Sequence record: PQ724392.1
Source of the DNA: a phage
Reading direction: 5' to 3' (one strand)
DNA length: 64,000 nt
The notes under the pieces are model-generated. The model had not been told where the DNA came from. It saw nothing but the letters and a program-made list of their open reading frames with translations, and made no database searches. Shown here one piece after another: positions 61,655-64,000 of this stretch (the first letter of the stretch is position 1; each line of letters starts with the position of its first letter). The translations under genes and the position numbers were made by a program.

Positions 61655-62292
61655 TGGAACAGAAACCAGAGTTACTAATCGAACACTGGGGTCAACCGGG
61701 CGAAATTAAAGATGGCGTACCGATGTTGGAATCTCATGATGGTTCCAGCACCGGTTTAAAGCCAGGACTTTATATTGAAGGTATTTTCCTACAAGCTGAA
61801 GTTGTTAACCGTAATAAACGACTTTATCCTAAACATATTTTGGAAAAAGCCGTTGCTGATTATATGACAGAACAGGTTGCTACTAAACAAGCTTTAGGAG
61901 AATTAAATCATCCGCCCCGTGCTAACGTCGACCCTATGCAAGCCGCTATTATTATTGAAGATATGTGGTGGAAAGGTAATGATGTATATGGCCGCGCACG
62001 TATTATCGAAGGCGACCATGGCCCAGGTGATAAACTTGCTGCAAATATAAGAGCAGGTTGGATTCCAGGTGTATCTAGTCGTGGACTTGGTTCCTTGACT
62101 AAATCAGCAAAAGGTTATAGCATCGTTAATGAAGGTTTTAAATTGACGGTTGGAGTAGACGCAGTATGGGGGCCAAGTGCTCCGGACGCTTGGGTCAAAC
62201 CAAAGCAGATTACAGAATCACAAACGGCAGTTGCCGATACCAGTGCCGATGACGCCTTTATGGCTCTCGCAGAGGCTTTAAAGACGTTATAA
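61654..62292 (+). CDS. 21: Prohead core scaffold protein and protease gp21
   Basis: 212 aa, same length as T4 gp21. Confidence 0.9.
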   Translation: MEQKPELLIEHWGQPGEIKDGVPMLESHDGSSTGLKPGLYIEGIFLQAEVVNRNKRLYPKHILEKAVADYMTEQVATKQALGELNHPPRANVDPMQAAIIIEDMWWKGNDVYGRARIIEGDHGPGDKLAANIRAGWIPGVSSRGLGSLTKSAKGYSIVNEGFKLTVGVDAVWGPSAPDAWVKPKQITESQTAVADTSADDAFMALAEALKTL

Positions 62293-62295
62293 ATA
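62288..62295 (+). promoter_or_regulatory. late promoter TATAAATA for gene 22
   Basis: exact 8-mer overlapping gene 21 stop codon. Confidence 0.5.
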
Positions 62296-62324
62296 AATGT
62301 ATATCTTAACAACAGGACTACAAA

Positions 62325-63143
62325 ATGCTTAAAGAACAACTCATTTCTGAAGCTCAGAATATCGATGCTTCCGTTGCTCTCGATAGTATTTTCGAATCAG
62401 TTAATTTGTCCCCGGAAGCGAAAGCTACCTTCGGCACTGTATTCGAAGCTACTGTCAAGCAACACGCCATCAAACTGGCAGAATCTCACATTCACGCCAT
62501 CGCTGAAAAAGCTGAAGAAGAAGTCGAAAAGAATAAAGAAGAAGCCGACGAAAAAGCAGAGAAAAAACTGAAAGAATCTGCAGCTAAATTCCTGGACCAC
62601 GTTGCTAAAGAATGGCTCGCTGAAAATAAACTGGCTGTCGACCGTGGCATTAAAGCTGACCTGTTCGAATCCATGTTCACCGGCATGAAAGAACTGTTCG
62701 TTGAGCACAACGTTGTTGTTCCAGAAGAATCTGTCGATGTTGTTGCAGAAATGCAGGAAGAACTGGCTGAACAGAAAGAAGAAACCGCTAATCTGTTCGA
62801 AGAAGTTGCTAAGCGTGATGCTTATATCAATTATGTCCAACGTGAAGTTGCGTTGACTGAAGCGACTAAAGACCTGACTGAATCTCAAAAAGAAAAAGTT
62901 GGTTCTCTGGTAGAAGGCATGGAATACTCTGATGCATTCGGTACCAAAATTGGCGCTATCGTTGAAATGGTTAAAGGTCAGGTAGAAGCCACCAACAAAC
63001 CAATCACCGAAGCCGCTATAAATAAAAATGTAGACGATGCTGCGGCACTGAATTACATTTCAGAAGCAGTTGAAGAAAAAGGCACCAAGCCTACCCTGTC
63101 CTTTGCGGACTTGTCTGCTCTCGCAGCATCACGAATTTCTTAA
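62325..63143 (+). CDS. 22: Prohead core scaffold protein gp22
   Basis: 272 aa, acidic coiled coil. Confidence 0.85.
   Translation: MLKEQLISEAQNIDASVALDSIFESVNLSPEAKATFGTVFEATVKQHAIKLAESHIHAIAEKAEEEVEKNKEEADEKAEKKLKESAAKFLDHVAKEWLAENKLAVDRGIKADLFESMFTGMKELFVEHNVVVPEESVDVVAEMQEELAEQKEETANLFEEVAKRDAYINYVQREVALTEATKDLTESQKEKVGSLVEGMEYSDAFGTKIGAIVEMVKGQVEATNKPITEAAINKNVDDAAALNYISEAVEEKGTKPTLSFADLSALAASRIS
63017..63024 (+). promoter_or_regulatory. late promoter TATAAATA for gene 23, inside gene 22
   Basis: exact 8-mer about 140 nt upstream of gene 23 ATG. Confidence 0.45.
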
Positions 63144-63164
63144 TTTAATAAGGTTATACAACAC

Positions 63165-64000
63165 ATGAAAAAGAATGCATTAGTTCAAAAATGGTCCGCT
63201 CTGTTGGAAAACGAAGCTCTTCCGGAAATCGTTGGTGCTTCCAAACAAGCTATCATCGCTAAAATCTTTGAAAACCAGGAACAAGATATTCTGACCGCTC
63301 CTGAATACCGTGACGAAAAAATCTCCGAAGCATTTGGTTCTTTCCTGACCGAAGCTGAAATCGGTGGTGACCATGGTTATGATGCTACCAATATCGCTGC
63401 TGGCCAGACCTCTGGTGCAGTAACTCAGATTGGGCCGGCAGTTATGGGCATGGTTCGTCGTGCTATCCCGCATCTGATTGCGTTTGATATTTGTGGCGTA
63501 CAGCCTCTGAACAACCCGACTGGCCAGGTATTTGCCCTGCGTGCAGTTTACGGTAAAGACCCTGTAGCTGCAGGTGCTAAAGAAGCTTTCCATCCGATGT
63601 ATGCTCCGAACGCTATGTTCTCTGGTCAGGGCGCTGCTCAGACTTTTGAAGCACTGGCTGCAGGTAAAGTTCTGGAAGTTGGTAAAATTTATTCTCACTT
63701 CTTCGAAGCAACTGGTTCCGCACACTTCCAGGCTGTTGAAGCTGTAACCGTTGATGCTGGCGCTACTGATGCTGCTAAACTGGATGCTGAAGTTACCAAA
63801 CTGCTCGAAGCTGGTCAGCTGGCTGAACTGGCTGAAGGTATGGCTACCTCCATCGCCGAACTGCAAGAAGGTTTTAACGGTTCCTCTGATAACCCGTGGA
63901 ACGAAATGGGCTTCCGTATTGACAAACAAGTTATCGAAGCTAAATCTCGTCAGCTGAAAGCAAGCTACTCTATCGAACTGGCACAGGACCTGCGCGCTGT
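63165..64000 (+). CDS. 23: Major capsid protein gp23 (5' partial, runs off window)
   Basis: hand-translated from ATG 63165; long identical stretches to remembered T4 gp23 (PEIVGASKQAIIAKIFENQE..., GQTSGAVTQIGPAVMGMVRRAIP...). Confidence 0.95.
   Translation, partial: MKKNALVQKWSALLENEALPEIVGASKQAIIAKIFENQEQDILTAPEYRDEKISEAFGSFLTEAEIGGDHGYDATNIAAGQTSGAVTQIGPAVMGMVRRAIPHLIAFDICGVQPLNNPTGQVFALRAVYGKDPVAAGAKEAFHPMYAPNAMFSGQGAAQTFEALAAGKVLEVGKIYSHFFEATGSAHFQAVEAVTVDAGATDAAKLDAEVTKLLEAGQLAELAEGMATSIAELQEGFNGSSDNPWNEMGFRIDKQVIEAKSRQLKASYSIELAQDLRA

Noticed and set aside
63180-63929. 249-aa minus-strand ORF antisense to gene 23
   Set aside because: Antisense to the highly conserved major capsid gene; Ser/Phe-rich artefact.

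Overview
This window is a segment of a T4-like (Tevenvirinae-type) myovirus genome. Positions 1-35749 are a dense minus-strand block of early/middle genes: gene 49 (endonuclease VII), nrdC, rI, tk, regB, denV, lysozyme e, nudE, two tRNAs, 57B (Acb1), 57A, then genes 1, 3, 2 and 4. Interspersed with these are many small accessory ORFs. Positions 35798-64000 are the plus-strand late structural module: 53, 5, 5.1, 5.4, 6-12, wac, 13-15, terminase 16/17, sheath 18, tube 19, portal 20, 67, 68, 21, 22 and the start of 23. All calls come from reading the sequence and recalling T4 proteins from memory; no database search was run. Coordinates of promoters, terminators and hairpins are approximate (about +/-2 nt). 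The most unusual content is in the accessory region: a collagen-like gene on the opposite strand (7590-8336), a nucleotidyltransferase-fold gene next to a membrane-protein gene (8556-10015), a macro-domain gene (14238-14717), at least seven internal-protein-like genes, several tandem paralog families, and repeated promoter/stem-loop cassettes.
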